Positions 41,118 to 51,402 of a stretch of DNA of 64,000 bases are shown in pieces. The notes beneath the pieces are model-generated. The model was not told the origin of the DNA. It saw only the letters and a list, made by a program, of their open reading frames with translations, and made no database searches. Each line of letters starts with the position of its first letter. The first letter of the stretch is position 1. The stretch spans positions 48,092-112,091 of the forward strand of contig CAITVN010000080.1 of NCBI GenBank assembly GCA_903895855.1, in the 5' to 3' direction. Origin of the DNA: Oligoflexia bacterium. GTDB lineage: Bacteria; Bdellovibrionota; UBA1018. A program made the translations under genes and the position numbers.

Positions 41118-41930
41118 CTACGTAGAATCGACTCGAAAAAAATCAAGGGTGAGCCCAAAAAGTTGTTCTTCTTTTGACTGCTGTACCGTTTTGAGCCATT
41201 CGGTGAGATCATGAGTCATTTTCGCCTTTAGCCGAACGGCATCTTCGGCCGAAAGGGTTACCACCGATGAGTAATGAACTGTCTCACCAACATGGCGCTC
41301 ACCCAGCGAATCGAGCGAGCGTAATCGCCAATTGGTGTGATGTTGAAAGATCAGGGGCGAGTCATTCTCTAAATGAAGAAGTACTGTTCCTGGCTCAATC
41401 TTGTCTGCGGTCACTTTCACCAGACCGACTTGCTTTAAAAACGAAACCACTTCACCGAGTTTACGAGCCGATAGGCGAAGGGCTTTTTCTAATTTCTTTT
41501 TTTCTTGAAGCGACGGAATGGTCACTGCCATGTGTACGGCTGCATAATGCCACGAACTATAATAAATCGTTTGATTTTCTCTTGATAAGGTATCGTGAAT
41601 TTTTACTTGTTTTTTTAATACCAGTGCTCGTTTTCGTAGATCGTTGAGCTGCTCACTCAAAAGACTGCGTAGCGATTCGGTTCCTGCTCTCGCAAATTCA
41701 ACCAGTACTAAGAAATACCGAATCTCGTCACGATTCAAATTCAAAAACCGTCCGGCGGCCTCAGACTGTTCCATATTGAAATGTTTCGGACCCCCTAGCA
41801 CTTGCGAAACATACGCCGTATGACAGTGGGTCGCCTCAGCAAGCGATAACCGAAATCCCCGAGGGCTCGCTTTTGCCCAATCTAAGAGATATTCTTTATA
41901 GTTTGTGTATTCATAAAGGGTTTTATTCAT
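41118..41930 (-). CDS. TIGR02147/DUF4423 family HTH protein
   Basis: YxxYKEYL, HTAYVSQVL, YYSSWHYAAVH, HHTNWR and LDFF, typical of Bdellovibrio/Fibrobacter paralogs. Confidence 0.8.
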   Translation of the reverse strand: MNKTLYEYTNYKEYLLDWAKASPRGFRLSLAEATHCHTAYVSQVLGGPKHFNMEQSEAAGRFLNLNRDEIRYFLVLVEFARAGTESLRSLLSEQLNDLRKRALVLKKQVKIHDTLSRENQTIYYSSWHYAAVHMAVTIPSLQEKKKLEKALRLSARKLGEVVSFLKQVGLVKVTADKIEPGTVLLHLENDSPLIFQHHTNWRLRSLDSLGERHVGETVHYSSVVTLSAEDAVRLKAKMTHDLTEWLKTVQQSKEEQLFGLTLDFFRVDST

Positions 41931-42118
41931 GCTGCTTCTATCGTATCGGATTACATCGATACTTAAATAAAAATTAAATAACCATCAGTTTATTAATTAC
42001 AAAATCCTATTCTATACTAAATACATCAACTATACATTGACTCATCGAGTTAATAAAGTTATAAGCGCTTGCCACACCGGTAGGCACGGCTCAGCTCGAA
42101 TAGACAAAGGAAATAGTT

Positions 42119-43501
42119 ATGCGCATGAAATTAAAAGCAAAAACTGATCACCGCCTAAAGTTAATGCCTACTGGTAACACGCCAAGAGCTCTCACCTGCC
42201 TGGCCGCTCTCATCGCGCTCATTGGCCTGAGCTCCACTGTCAACGCCGAATCGAACGAAGGCGGAATCAGCGGTGGCGGTGGCGGTTTTGCCGAAATCAA
42301 AATGAAATCGATTCGCGACGAATTACTCACTTGGGTCAAAAGCCCTGGACCATCATCGCTTGACTTTAGAAAGGCCCACGGACTTACCGAAGCTGAATAC
42401 CGCCTAAAAATGAAAGATATTTTATCTAATTTAAGTGTGCAAATTGGGTCGATTTCGGCTGAAGAAGAATCCAAAACTAACGATCCCGATCTCAAAGTTC
42501 GCGTACAAAACGAACCCAAAGATTGCCGGGGGAGCTTGTGGGCGCGAGACGGACTTCCTCACATTTTGTGCATCGAAAAGCCATTTATGGATGCCAGCTC
42601 AAGTGATCAGTATCGAATGATTCATCACGAATATGCCGGGCTCATCGGGATCGAAAAAAACATCGGACCCAACTCTGACTACAATCTTTCGGAGCAACTC
42701 ACCGAATACGTCGAACCGCAAGTGACCGATCGCCTAGGTATCAAACGAAAACACAAACGAGAACTCACCGGAGATACACTCCGCTATTGGATTATTGATC
42801 ACACCCGCGGACTGACCGTTGAATCATTTTGGCGAAAGACCAGCCTAAAGTTTGACGAAGTCGACGAAAATGGAGAATCCATTTATCAAACGCAGTACAT
42901 GGAACAACCGCAAGCAAGCAAAGGTCGACTTTTTGATTTCGGTTCTGGTTATCCCTACCCTGATGGCACCCCATCGCGACTTGCCGATCGAATCGTCGAC
43001 CATTCGCAAGATGCCGAGGCACTTTTTAAGGCCAATTCGCAAGATAAAGAACCCCTACTGGTTTGTGAGACTGCTAGCCCTATGGAATCACTTAAATTGA
43101 AATTCTCGTTTTATGTTGGCGAGTCTGAGTCAGACCTCCATTGGCGACTTGAGGTCATCAAGCCAACTTACTTCTGGAGTATTCAATTAGGCGCAAAGAA
43201 TCTCAGCGAGCAAGGGCTCTACGAAGCCACGGGGCACTGCGATGCACCAAGCGCTGTAGGTATCACACGCGATGAAGAATTCGCCTCGCTGGCACTAGCA
43301 GATTTCGAATTCAATCACGTGACCCTTGATAATGTCGAAACTGTCTACGACCTTAAGCACTCGGACCATAATCCTAATTTAAGGATGCTTTTTTTGACGA
43401 GACTTTTTGTGCCAGGTGCAAGCTTTGGTGCGGTTCTCGAAGACATCCAAGACTTATCTCCGCAAACTGTGTCAGTGCTAAACTGTCGGGCTGCGAAGTA
43501 A
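42119..43501 (+). CDS. Secreted hypothetical protein (GGxSGGGG motif, HEY)
   Basis: Signal peptide followed by EGGISGGGGG; MIHHEYAGL; divergent from the TIGR02147 gene. Confidence 0.65.
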   Translation: MRMKLKAKTDHRLKLMPTGNTPRALTCLAALIALIGLSSTVNAESNEGGISGGGGGFAEIKMKSIRDELLTWVKSPGPSSLDFRKAHGLTEAEYRLKMKDILSNLSVQIGSISAEEESKTNDPDLKVRVQNEPKDCRGSLWARDGLPHILCIEKPFMDASSSDQYRMIHHEYAGLIGIEKNIGPNSDYNLSEQLTEYVEPQVTDRLGIKRKHKRELTGDTLRYWIIDHTRGLTVESFWRKTSLKFDEVDENGESIYQTQYMEQPQASKGRLFDFGSGYPYPDGTPSRLADRIVDHSQDAEALFKANSQDKEPLLVCETASPMESLKLKFSFYVGESESDLHWRLEVIKPTYFWSIQLGAKNLSEQGLYEATGHCDAPSAVGITRDEEFASLALADFEFNHVTLDNVETVYDLKHSDHNPNLRMLFLTRLFVPGASFGAVLEDIQDLSPQTVSVLNCRAAK

Positions 43502-43682
43502 TTTGTTCGAGCCATTTCGAAACCACTCGTTTTGCCAGACCGTGCTCACCACTGTATTTTCAGAGGGCCAACTTTTTCGTCATGTCGTTCGCTGCGTCCG
43601 GAGGCCAGAGCTTCGGTAAAATGCCGCTTACCGGCACGGTTGTATTCATCTGGTGAATTCAAACCCGGTGAGCTAATAACTC

Positions 43683-44639
43683 TCAGGCCCAGCGACGAGT
43701 TCGCCACTGCGCTTGAAGCGTTTCACCTAAGAAGGTCCAGGCCACAATTCGGCTTTTTTTCTGACCTTGCGCCATTTCTAACGTTCGGTACTCGAAGGTT
43801 TCGGCTTTATCTAGGGCCCGATAAATGCTCGGCAAATTCGTTTCTTTCGAAATCAGGGTCGTAAACCAAAACACTTGGTTCGCCACACTTTGACTTTCAT
43901 TAATCAGTTGGCACACAAACGCGACTTCGCCACCTGAGTAACAAAGTTCAGTGGGTTGTCCGCCAAAATTAAGACCTTTTGCCTTACCTAGATTTTTTGT
44001 TTTTCTTTCGCTTCCGGCCTTGGCATCTGCCATCGAAGAGTGAAATGGCGGATTACACACGACCAAATCAAACTGGCCTTGCTCACTGGGTAAACCCACA
44101 TCAACAATGCCCTCGAGCACCTTCGCGGCATTCGCCTGCACTCGAAACTCGATGTGTTTGAGTACATCAGGGTTCGCTCGCACGATCTTTTTAGCAGAAT
44201 CGATCGCCACAACATCGACGTCTGAGCCGACGAAGCTCCAGCCATACTCACAGTGCCCGATGATGGGGTAAATGCAATTTGCGCCCACGCCAACATCTAA
44301 GACTCGTATTTGCTTGCCACGCGGAATTTTGGCGCCCTCACCCAAAAGATCAGCAACTAAATGCACGTAATCGGCGCGGCCAGGCACCGGCGGGCAAAGA
44401 TACCGCGCCGGAATTTCCCAAGTCTTTAAACCATAAAAGTGCGCCAACAGTGCCAGATTCAAGGCCCTAACGGCTTCGGGATCGGCAAAATCGATCGACT
44501 GATTGTGATACTGATTAATCACAACAAAAGGTGCTAACTTTGGACAAACCTCAATCAACCGATCAAAGTCATAATGACCTTGATGCCGATTTCGAGGATG
44601 GTGCGACGAAACCCTATCTTTTTTCATGATCTCTAGCAC
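43683..44639 (-). CDS. rlmF: 23S rRNA m6A1618 methyltransferase
   Basis: HPRNRH, LCPPVPGRADY, LDVGVGANCIYP, CNPPF and GGEVAF motifs. Confidence 0.95.
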   Translation of the reverse strand: MLEIMKKDRVSSHHPRNRHQGHYDFDRLIEVCPKLAPFVVINQYHNQSIDFADPEAVRALNLALLAHFYGLKTWEIPARYLCPPVPGRADYVHLVADLLGEGAKIPRGKQIRVLDVGVGANCIYPIIGHCEYGWSFVGSDVDVVAIDSAKKIVRANPDVLKHIEFRVQANAAKVLEGIVDVGLPSEQGQFDLVVCNPPFHSSMADAKAGSERKTKNLGKAKGLNFGGQPTELCYSGGEVAFVCQLINESQSVANQVFWFTTLISKETNLPSIYRALDKAETFEYRTLEMAQGQKKSRIVAWTFLGETLQAQWRTRRWA

Positions 44640-44661
44640 TTTCCTGAGCTAGGTAGTCTGA

Positions 44662-44790
44662 CTATTTCTTTTTAGCGCCTGCTGTTTGCTTTGCTGCAGT
44701 CGCCTGATTTTTTTGGCTATTAGCCTTGTCATTTTTTGCTTGCTTCTGATTTGCATTTTTCTTTGTATTTTTTGGAGACTTGTCGCCCAT
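44662..44790 (-). CDS. Small basic 42-aa protein (not in ORF track)
   Basis: MGDKSPKNTKKNANQKQAKNDKANSQKNQATAAKQTAGAKKK; purine-rich upstream; directly upstream of rlmF. Confidence 0.65.
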   Translation of the reverse strand: MGDKSPKNTKKNANQKQAKNDKANSQKNQATAAKQTAGAKKK

Positions 44791-44957
44791 GATGATTGAC
44801 TCTTTTCTATTGAGATCGTTATTCGACTTACGTACTCAAGAATGCCCTACGTCGACATCGAACGCCATACCTAACTGTTTTTTCATCTACTGAGAACCCG
44901 ATGCGATTATTTGACGCACACCTTTGAATCAGGGTATGCCTCAACTGGGGGTATTCA

Positions 44958-45884
44958 GTGTTAAATCAATTTTATTTAATAAAACATTCTGTTTATCAGT
45001 TTTCTAAGGCAAACCACCCTCAGATCAACTCAAACGCCCCCCAAGCCCCCCAAGCCCGCCGAGCACACTGGGTAACCTTTACTTTGATTGCCGCCGGCAT
45101 ATCGGCCACTTATGCGACTCAATCACTTTTACCCAGCTTATCTCAGGCAGCGGCCCCCTCGCTCCCGGTGTTCAGCAATCAAGTGACCACTGAATGGAAA
45201 AATCCTGACCCCAACTCAACGTTAAAACGAGTGATCTCTCGAACTTCAGATTACAGTGTCAAAATTGGCGATTCGCTAAGTCTCGGCAAACGCATGGACA
45301 TTGGCTTTGAGACCGACACCGTTTCTCACTTAACTGACTATGTGGTCGTTCAGTTTTTAAGGGGCTGTAGCTTCACGAGCCGTTACCACCTTGAGACCAA
45401 AACGACTGAAGCGGTTTTCGATGTGAGCCACTATTCATGGAGCGCCATTGAACCCTTCAAACATGCAGATTGGATTGTTGATTCGGTTGATAAAGACCCC
45501 GTCTACAATAGCTCAGATGACGAAGGTCTCGCTAGGCACTTTGCCTACCGATCGCAACCTAAAATCGGTGGTTTTGAAAAAAGCCAAGGTGAAAAATATT
45601 TCGGAGTCTCGGCACCAGTAAGCCCTTGGATCTACGTGGTCGATCGTCCCGGCACGGTTTTCGTGGGTGACGCAGGCGAAGATGCAAAAAACATTTCACT
45701 CGAATTTCAAACCTGTGTTTATAAAAACTCGGAAGTACCCAACCACTTAAGCAGCGCTCAAGCGGTCGGTGAAATCAAATCAGTACCCCTCTACTGCACC
45801 ACCTGGGCAAGTTCTTTTATCTATAATTTTGAAACCAAAAAATTTGAACGCCCCCAAGGAATTAGCCCGCTTTGCGGCTTCTAA
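44958..45884 (+). CDS. Exported hypothetical protein
   Basis: Hydrophobic N-terminal segment; 308-aa ORF. Confidence 0.6.
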   Translation: MLNQFYLIKHSVYQFSKANHPQINSNAPQAPQARRAHWVTFTLIAAGISATYATQSLLPSLSQAAAPSLPVFSNQVTTEWKNPDPNSTLKRVISRTSDYSVKIGDSLSLGKRMDIGFETDTVSHLTDYVVVQFLRGCSFTSRYHLETKTTEAVFDVSHYSWSAIEPFKHADWIVDSVDKDPVYNSSDDEGLARHFAYRSQPKIGGFEKSQGEKYFGVSAPVSPWIYVVDRPGTVFVGDAGEDAKNISLEFQTCVYKNSEVPNHLSSAQAVGEIKSVPLYCTTWASSFIYNFETKKFERPQGISPLCGF

Positions 45885-45924
45885 AAAATTATAATCTCAA
45901 ATATCGATTTTTTACCGATTTTCG

Positions 45925-46134
45925 TTAAGGCCTGCGAACGTTCTTGGCGAGAAAACCTTTGGGCGAATCGTAGAGGTCAAACTCAACTTCTTCGCCTTCA
46001 ATCAGGGTTCGAAATCCCTTTGATGCCACTTCACTGATCGCTGAGTAGTGCACAAAAATTTCATTGCCGTCAAAACGCTCAATGAACCCAAATCCTTTTT
46101 TTTCGTTGAACCATTTCACTCTACCAACGGCCAT
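45925..46134 (-). CDS. Cold-shock protein
   Basis: [12 protein letters not shown] (RNP1) and IFVHYSAI (RNP2). Confidence 0.95.
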   Translation of the reverse strand: MAVGRVKWFNEKKGFGFIERFDGNEIFVHYSAISEVASKGFRTLIEGEEVEFDLYDSPKGFLAKNVRRP

Positions 46135-46170
46135 CACTCACGCCCCTTTTGAAATATTATCAACCGATTT

Positions 46171-46509
46171 CTACCTCTTTGATTTTATCGTCTGCCCAGC
46201 CAGCCTCGGTGCATTCGTTGGGCTCGATGCAAAATCAAAAACAATTTCATCGGCTCCAGTATACCCTAGGACTCGCCTAATCTGCCTTTCTTGCACAAAT
46301 GCATTTTTTTCAAGCCGCGAAACCTCGTCTTCAACCGCCGTCATCTCTTTTTCTAATTTGGTACGGGTCGCATTTCTTTGATCAAGAAGTAACCTCAACT
46401 GCAGCGCCTGCCAAACCCCAGGTGACCCCACCCAATGGTTGGCGATACCAGACAAAAACACCAACCAAGAGATCAAAATGCATCCCCAAATGGTATCGGC
46501 TACCCTCAG
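46171..46509 (-). CDS. ftsB: Septum formation initiator FtsB/DivIC family
   Basis: TM plus coiled coil plus [10 protein letters not shown]; follows eno; probable CTG start at 46509. Confidence 0.75.
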   Translation of the reverse strand: MRVADTIWGCILISWLVFLSGIANHWVGSPGVWQALQLRLLLDQRNATRTKLEKEMTAVEDEVSRLEKNAFVQERQIRRVLGYTGADEIVFDFASSPTNAPRLAGQTIKSKR

Positions 46510-47858
46510 ACGACACTCCTTTGCTCGCGCTTGAATGCGGCCATTCCTGCAAAACGAGCGTTTTCACCCAACGCCTCTTGAATTCTAATCAACTGATTGT
46601 ACTTCGCGATTCGATCGGTTCTTGAAGCCGACCCAGTCTTGATCTGACCACAGTCGGTGCCGACAGCGAGTTCAGCGATAAACGTGTCTTCGCTTTCACC
46701 GCTACGATGTGAGGCGATCGAAGCATAATTATTTTGTTTTGCTAACTTCATCGTGCTCAAGGTTTCGCTTAAGGTACCAATCTGGTTCAGCTTGATCAAA
46801 ATTGAATTTGCCGTTTTTTGCTCGATTCCTTTTTTTAGAAACTTTGGATTCGTCACAAACAAATCATCACCCACTAACTGACATTTACCACCAAGCGCTG
46901 TGGTAGCCTGAGCCCAGCCTTTCCAATCGTGCTCGGCCAAGCCATCTTCTATAGAAATAATAGGATAAGTCTCTACCCATTGGCTATACAGTTGTACCAT
47001 TTCTGACGAATTTAACCGTTTACCCTCAAATTGATACGCCTCACCTTGATAAAATTCACTTGCGGCACAGTCGAGCGCCAAATAAATGTCGCGACCTGCT
47101 TGATACCCGGCCAGTTTAATAGCAGTCAATATAGACTGCATCGCCTGCTCATGGGGTTTTTCGCCGCTAAAATGCGGGGCAAAGCCCCCCTCGTCGCCCA
47201 CCCCAGTCGCTAGCCCTCTTTCGTTGAGAACTTTTTTCAAATGATGAAACACTTCAGCGCCCGCTCTCAGGCTTTCAGAAAACTTCTTGAATCCAACAGG
47301 CACAATCATGAACTCTTGAATCGCTAACCCATTATCGGCGTGCTTGCCGCCATTGAGAATATTCATCAAAGGCACTGGCAGTGTTTGCCCCTGAGACCCA
47401 AAAGTTTCGGCAATGAGTTGATAAAGCGGTTTTGCTTGCGAGTTAGCCAAAGCGCGCGCAAAAGCCATACTGACAGGCAAAATGGCGTTAGCTCCGAGTT
47501 CTGTTTTATTTTCAGTGCCATCAAGGTCGAGTAGCACTTCATCTAATGCGGCGAACGAATTAAAAGAACGACCAACAATTGACGGCGCAATTTTTGTGCG
47601 CACATTCTCAACTGCTTTCAAAACGCCCTTTCCCAAATACCTAGCCTTATCTTGATCGCGCAGCTCAAGCGCCTCGCCTTCACCCGTTGAAGCCCCTGAC
47701 GGCACGATTGCCTGGCCTCTAAATTCGTGAATCGAATCTGCACTCGAATCTGGCGTTTTACCACTTGAAGTCGAAGCAAACACTTCAACTTCAACGGTTG
47801 GAAACCCACGTGAATCTAACACTTCTCTCGCTAAGACTTTATTGATAGTTAATTTCAT
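46506..47858 (-). CDS. eno: Enolase
   Basis: [22 protein letters not shown] and SHRSGE motifs. Confidence 0.98.
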   Translation of the reverse strand: MKLTINKVLAREVLDSRGFPTVEVEVFASTSSGKTPDSSADSIHEFRGQAIVPSGASTGEGEALELRDQDKARYLGKGVLKAVENVRTKIAPSIVGRSFNSFAALDEVLLDLDGTENKTELGANAILPVSMAFARALANSQAKPLYQLIAETFGSQGQTLPVPLMNILNGGKHADNGLAIQEFMIVPVGFKKFSESLRAGAEVFHHLKKVLNERGLATGVGDEGGFAPHFSGEKPHEQAMQSILTAIKLAGYQAGRDIYLALDCAASEFYQGEAYQFEGKRLNSSEMVQLYSQWVETYPIISIEDGLAEHDWKGWAQATTALGGKCQLVGDDLFVTNPKFLKKGIEQKTANSILIKLNQIGTLSETLSTMKLAKQNNYASIASHRSGESEDTFIAELAVGTDCGQIKTGSASRTDRIAKYNQLIRIQEALGENARFAGMAAFKREQRSVV

Positions 47859-47902
47859 ATGCGTTCTAATATTTCACACAGATGAACCTGAATCAAGGTG
47901 AT

Positions 47903-49039
47903 TTAGGCTGCGTTTTTATTTCTGCGTATGAGCTGGGTATACCAGTCAGGGGGGGTAAATTTATCCCGTGGAAACGGAAGCCGGTTGACCTCAATTTCTT
48001 CCATGAATGTTGGCAAATTACCAATCGGCACGATCTCGCCGACAATTTTTCCTTCAGGGGTTTTTCCGCGCTGAACGAAACGGTAGATATCTCGAATCGT
48101 ATACCTGCCTTGCTCATCGATCTCAGGAATGACTTCTGAAATATAAGTCACTTTTCTCGATCCGTCATCCATGCGCTTAATTTGAACCACTAAATGAATC
48201 GCTGCCGCAATTTGTCTTTTTACCGCAGCAATCGGCACCTGAGTATCGCCCATCATTGCCAAGGTTTCAAGGCGAACCAGCGCATCATACGGCGTATTGG
48301 CATGAGCCGTACCCATCGAACCACCATGACCCGTATTCATCGCAGTGATGAGATCAAGAGCCTCACCGCCTCTCACCTCACCGACCACAATGCGATCGGG
48401 TCTAAGCCTCAAAGCGGCCCGAATCAGATCTCGAATCTCAACTTTGCCTTTACCCGATTCGCCGCCTTGTTTTGTTTCAAAATACACCACGTGGTCAGTT
48501 TTGATTTTCAGTTCTGACGAATCTTCGATGATTAGCAATCTTTGGGTGCCCGGAATTCGCGAACCCAAAACGTTCAAAAATGTCGTTTTACCTGAGCCAG
48601 TACCACCAGAGATGATGGTATTCTTTGCCAGGTAAACGCAAACGTCTAAGAATCTGGCAGCATCTTTCGAAATACTGCCGCGGTTGATCAAATCTACAAA
48701 CGTGGGGCTACCTTTTGAAAATTTTCGAATCGATAGTGTCGTACCCTTTCGTGAACACGGTGGCAGCACCGCAGCCACCCGTGATCCATCAGGAAGTCTA
48801 GCATCGAGAATCGGATTTTCTTCATCTATGCGTTTTTGTACAAATTGAGCGATATTTCGAACCGCCGCCTGAAGTGCTTGTTCATCGCGAAATTTTGCGT
48901 TGACTTGTTCGAGTAATCCGCGCCTTTCAACAAAGATTTCGTTGGGGCCGTTCACAAGCACTTCAGACACCGAGTCATCATCAAGATACTCTTTAATCGG
49001 AAGTAAGAAGCCTGCAACGCTATCTTCAAATACACCCAC
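47903..49039 (-). CDS. cpaF: CpaF/TadA family secretion ATPase
   Basis: GGTGSGKTT, LRLRPDRIVVGEVRGGEA and MNTGH motifs. Confidence 0.9.
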   Translation of the reverse strand: MGVFEDSVAGFLLPIKEYLDDDSVSEVLVNGPNEIFVERRGLLEQVNAKFRDEQALQAAVRNIAQFVQKRIDEENPILDARLPDGSRVAAVLPPCSRKGTTLSIRKFSKGSPTFVDLINRGSISKDAARFLDVCVYLAKNTIISGGTGSGKTTFLNVLGSRIPGTQRLLIIEDSSELKIKTDHVVYFETKQGGESGKGKVEIRDLIRAALRLRPDRIVVGEVRGGEALDLITAMNTGHGGSMGTAHANTPYDALVRLETLAMMGDTQVPIAAVKRQIAAAIHLVVQIKRMDDGSRKVTYISEVIPEIDEQGRYTIRDIYRFVQRGKTPEGKIVGEIVPIGNLPTFMEEIEVNRLPFPRDKFTPPDWYTQLIRRNKNAA

Positions 49040-49041
49040 TT

Positions 49042-49878
49042 TTATTGCACTCCTGCTACCGCACGATCAGCGCTTGACTGAATTTTAGAATCTTCTTTCA
49101 CGACTAGCGACCCTTCCATTCCATTCACTGGACAATAGAATCGGTAAGTCCCGGCTACCGTTGGAGTGAACAGCACTTCTTCGACTTTGAATGAACTCAG
49201 TTGCTTGCGAACCTGAAAGCTATCAATCATCACGCAGAGCGTTTGCTTCGAGGTTCCAGTGGCGAATAACTTCACAGGAATGCCTTTGGTCACAAAAACT
49301 GTTTTTGGAAAATAGCCGAGATCACCGGCAATAATTGCAACTTCTTGCACTCCTCGGGCGCTGGCTTTTGATTCTCCCAATTTTTCTGTTTCGAATATTC
49401 CGGCTGTTCTTTGACTACCCGCCTGAGCTTTTTCGATAAAATCCGGTCCAGAAATCGCATTTTTTTCGGCGAGGTCTCCGCCATTTTCAATTGCTGAAAA
49501 CTGGCGATTGCCAACTCCAGCGGGCGAACGCCCTGTTGGCTTCTTACCTGCTAGATTCGTTTTATCCCACTCATCTGACTCTTCAGCTGCCTCAATCTTG
49601 AGCTTGCCACTGACCGCATCGGCCGGGGCATACCCAAATCGACTTTCGGGGAACGCTTCTTTGTCTCGTGAAATTTGTTTTGCCGTAGGTGGCGCGATGA
49701 ACTGGGTGCCTGCCCGGGCGACCTCACCAAACAAAATCAGTAAACTCAAGGTAACTAACGGTACAATCCACATGCCGTGATTCACACTCAACTGAGTGAG
49801 ATATTCACCCAAGCGTCTGATTTGACCTAGGTAACTGCCATTTTTTCTCGATGCCAAACACTGAGCAATCCTTTCCAT
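49042..49878 (-). CDS. Cupredoxin-domain protein
   Basis: C-terminal FTPTVAGTYRFYCPVNGMEGSLVV. Confidence 0.75.
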   Translation of the reverse strand: MERIAQCLASRKNGSYLGQIRRLGEYLTQLSVNHGMWIVPLVTLSLLILFGEVARAGTQFIAPPTAKQISRDKEAFPESRFGYAPADAVSGKLKIEAAEESDEWDKTNLAGKKPTGRSPAGVGNRQFSAIENGGDLAEKNAISGPDFIEKAQAGSQRTAGIFETEKLGESKASARGVQEVAIIAGDLGYFPKTVFVTKGIPVKLFATGTSKQTLCVMIDSFQVRKQLSSFKVEEVLFTPTVAGTYRFYCPVNGMEGSLVVKEDSKIQSSADRAVAGVQ

Positions 49879-49900
49879 AGAGAGCTCTCCTTCATGCTAC

Positions 49901-49927
49901 CCATCGGAATCGAGCGAAATAACTTGA
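49901..49927 (-). promoter_or_regulatory. Possible sigma28-like promoter
   Basis: TCAAG-N14-TCCGAT upstream of an AAGGAG SD. Confidence 0.4.
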
Positions 49928-50260
49928 AAAAATAACCAGAACTCGCGCGGTTAATACTTGATTGTTTTTATCTAGTTATGAAGTTTTTCCCCGATTTCTC
50001 AGAGCCTTGATCAACTCATGGGCAGCGAGCAGTCACCCGAGCCCACCTCGCTCGTCGAAGGCCGCGTAATGACTAAGAAAATAACACTCAACACTAGTCA
50101 AGTATTACCCTAAAAAACAAAGTAGCTCTCAACCTGCTGAATTTAAATGTGAAAGTTCTAATATAGCAAGACCACCCCACCTGCGAGACCCCACTGACCC
50201 GCGAAGCCACTTTGACTATTTTAGCGACGATTTCACCACTTCACATCGAAAAAAGACGCA

Positions 50261-50275
50261 CGGCATCAACCTTGC
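50261..50275 (+). promoter_or_regulatory. Putative sigma54 promoter
   Basis: CGGCAT-caacc-TTGC upstream of 50353. Confidence 0.5.
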
Positions 50276-50352
50276 TCTAGTGTATCTGTGCCTGATGCAA
50301 CCCCCAAAAACATCACCACGAATCAAACGTCAGGCGAGAAAGAAGATTACCC

Positions 50353-50649
50353 ATGAGCAACGTCATTTCAATTAAACGAGCCAGAGAGATTAAAGAAACA
50401 AAGTCACAAGACCTCGACTACCAGGCAAAAATTTTATCAATGAGCAAAGTTGAATTATTAGAAGAGATGGTTCGTTTTCAAGAAGAGCGCACCGAAAAAG
50501 GCGCCCTCACCGTCGAGATGATGGTGCGTGGCCAGTACCTTTTCACCCAACTCGAGAAGAGTGCCGAGACCGCAGAACTCAAATCACTCACCAAAGCGTA
50601 TCGCCGGCACCTGAGTCATGAACTCAGAGCTCATGCACAGTGGAAGTGA
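50353..50649 (+). CDS. Hypothetical helical protein
   Basis: 98-aa ORF beginning MSNVISIK. Confidence 0.65.
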   Translation: MSNVISIKRAREIKETKSQDLDYQAKILSMSKVELLEEMVRFQEERTEKGALTVEMMVRGQYLFTQLEKSAETAELKSLTKAYRRHLSHELRAHAQWK

Positions 50650-50679
50650 TCGTCACCTTGTGATAACTTCAGAAACACG

Positions 50680-51123
50680 ATGAATCACTCACCCCACAGT
50701 CTTTGGAAAAATACCCCGACCATTGCCGAACTCAATCAACTATCGAAAAACACGATTCACGAGTCTCTCGGAATTGAGTTCACTCAAATAGAAAATGATT
50801 TCATTGAAGCCCGCATGCCGGTTGACCGACGCACCCATCAACCGTTCGGACTGCTTCACGGCGGAGCTTCAGTGGTACTCGCCGAATCTCTCGGAAGCGT
50901 GGCTTCAACCCTAGTGACTTGGGGCGAGGGCAAGACTTGCGTCGGAGTCGAAGTCAACGCCAATCACTTAAAAAGCGTTAAAGCGGGCGCCGTACTCGGA
51001 CGAGTCAGCGCAATCAAAATCGGAAGAACTCTGCATGTCTGGGAAATTCGACTACACGACGAATCTTCTGGCGCACTCGTTTGCATCAGCCGGTTAACCG
51101 TTGCGGTTTCGGCCAGAAACTAA
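50680..51123 (+). CDS. Hotdog-fold thioesterase (YdiI/MenI-like)
   Basis: HQPFGLLHGGASVVLAES and GVEVNANH motifs. Confidence 0.92.
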   Translation: MNHSPHSLWKNTPTIAELNQLSKNTIHESLGIEFTQIENDFIEARMPVDRRTHQPFGLLHGGASVVLAESLGSVASTLVTWGEGKTCVGVEVNANHLKSVKAGAVLGRVSAIKIGRTLHVWEIRLHDESSGALVCISRLTVAVSARN

Positions 51124-51127
51124 CCCC

Positions 51128-51398
51128 CACCGAGAATTTTCAAGGGCTCTTCTTTTTGGTTTTTTGAAGACGTCCTCGCCTTTGGATCGACGTACGTTTT
51201 TTAAGAGTTGCGCGTAGGTGCTCATCTATTCTTGCTCCTCTTGCGAGGCACGATGCCGAGAGCAAGAAAACAGGATGTTTGTGGAGCAAGAACAGATGAG
51301 CACCTACGCGCAACTCTTAAAAAATACACAACACAGTGACTACGGCTGCGGAATGTCTTCTAAAAACCAAAAAGAAGAGCCCTTGAAAATTCTCGGTG
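51128..51398. mobile_element. Rod-like palindromic element E3 (nested)
   Basis: Outer IR 51128-51171/51355-51398 (44 bp, 1 mismatch); inner IR 51197-51238/51283-51324 (42 bp, 1 mismatch); core contains GAAAACAGGATGTTTGT. Confidence 0.8.
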
Positions 51399-51402
51399 AC
51401 GA

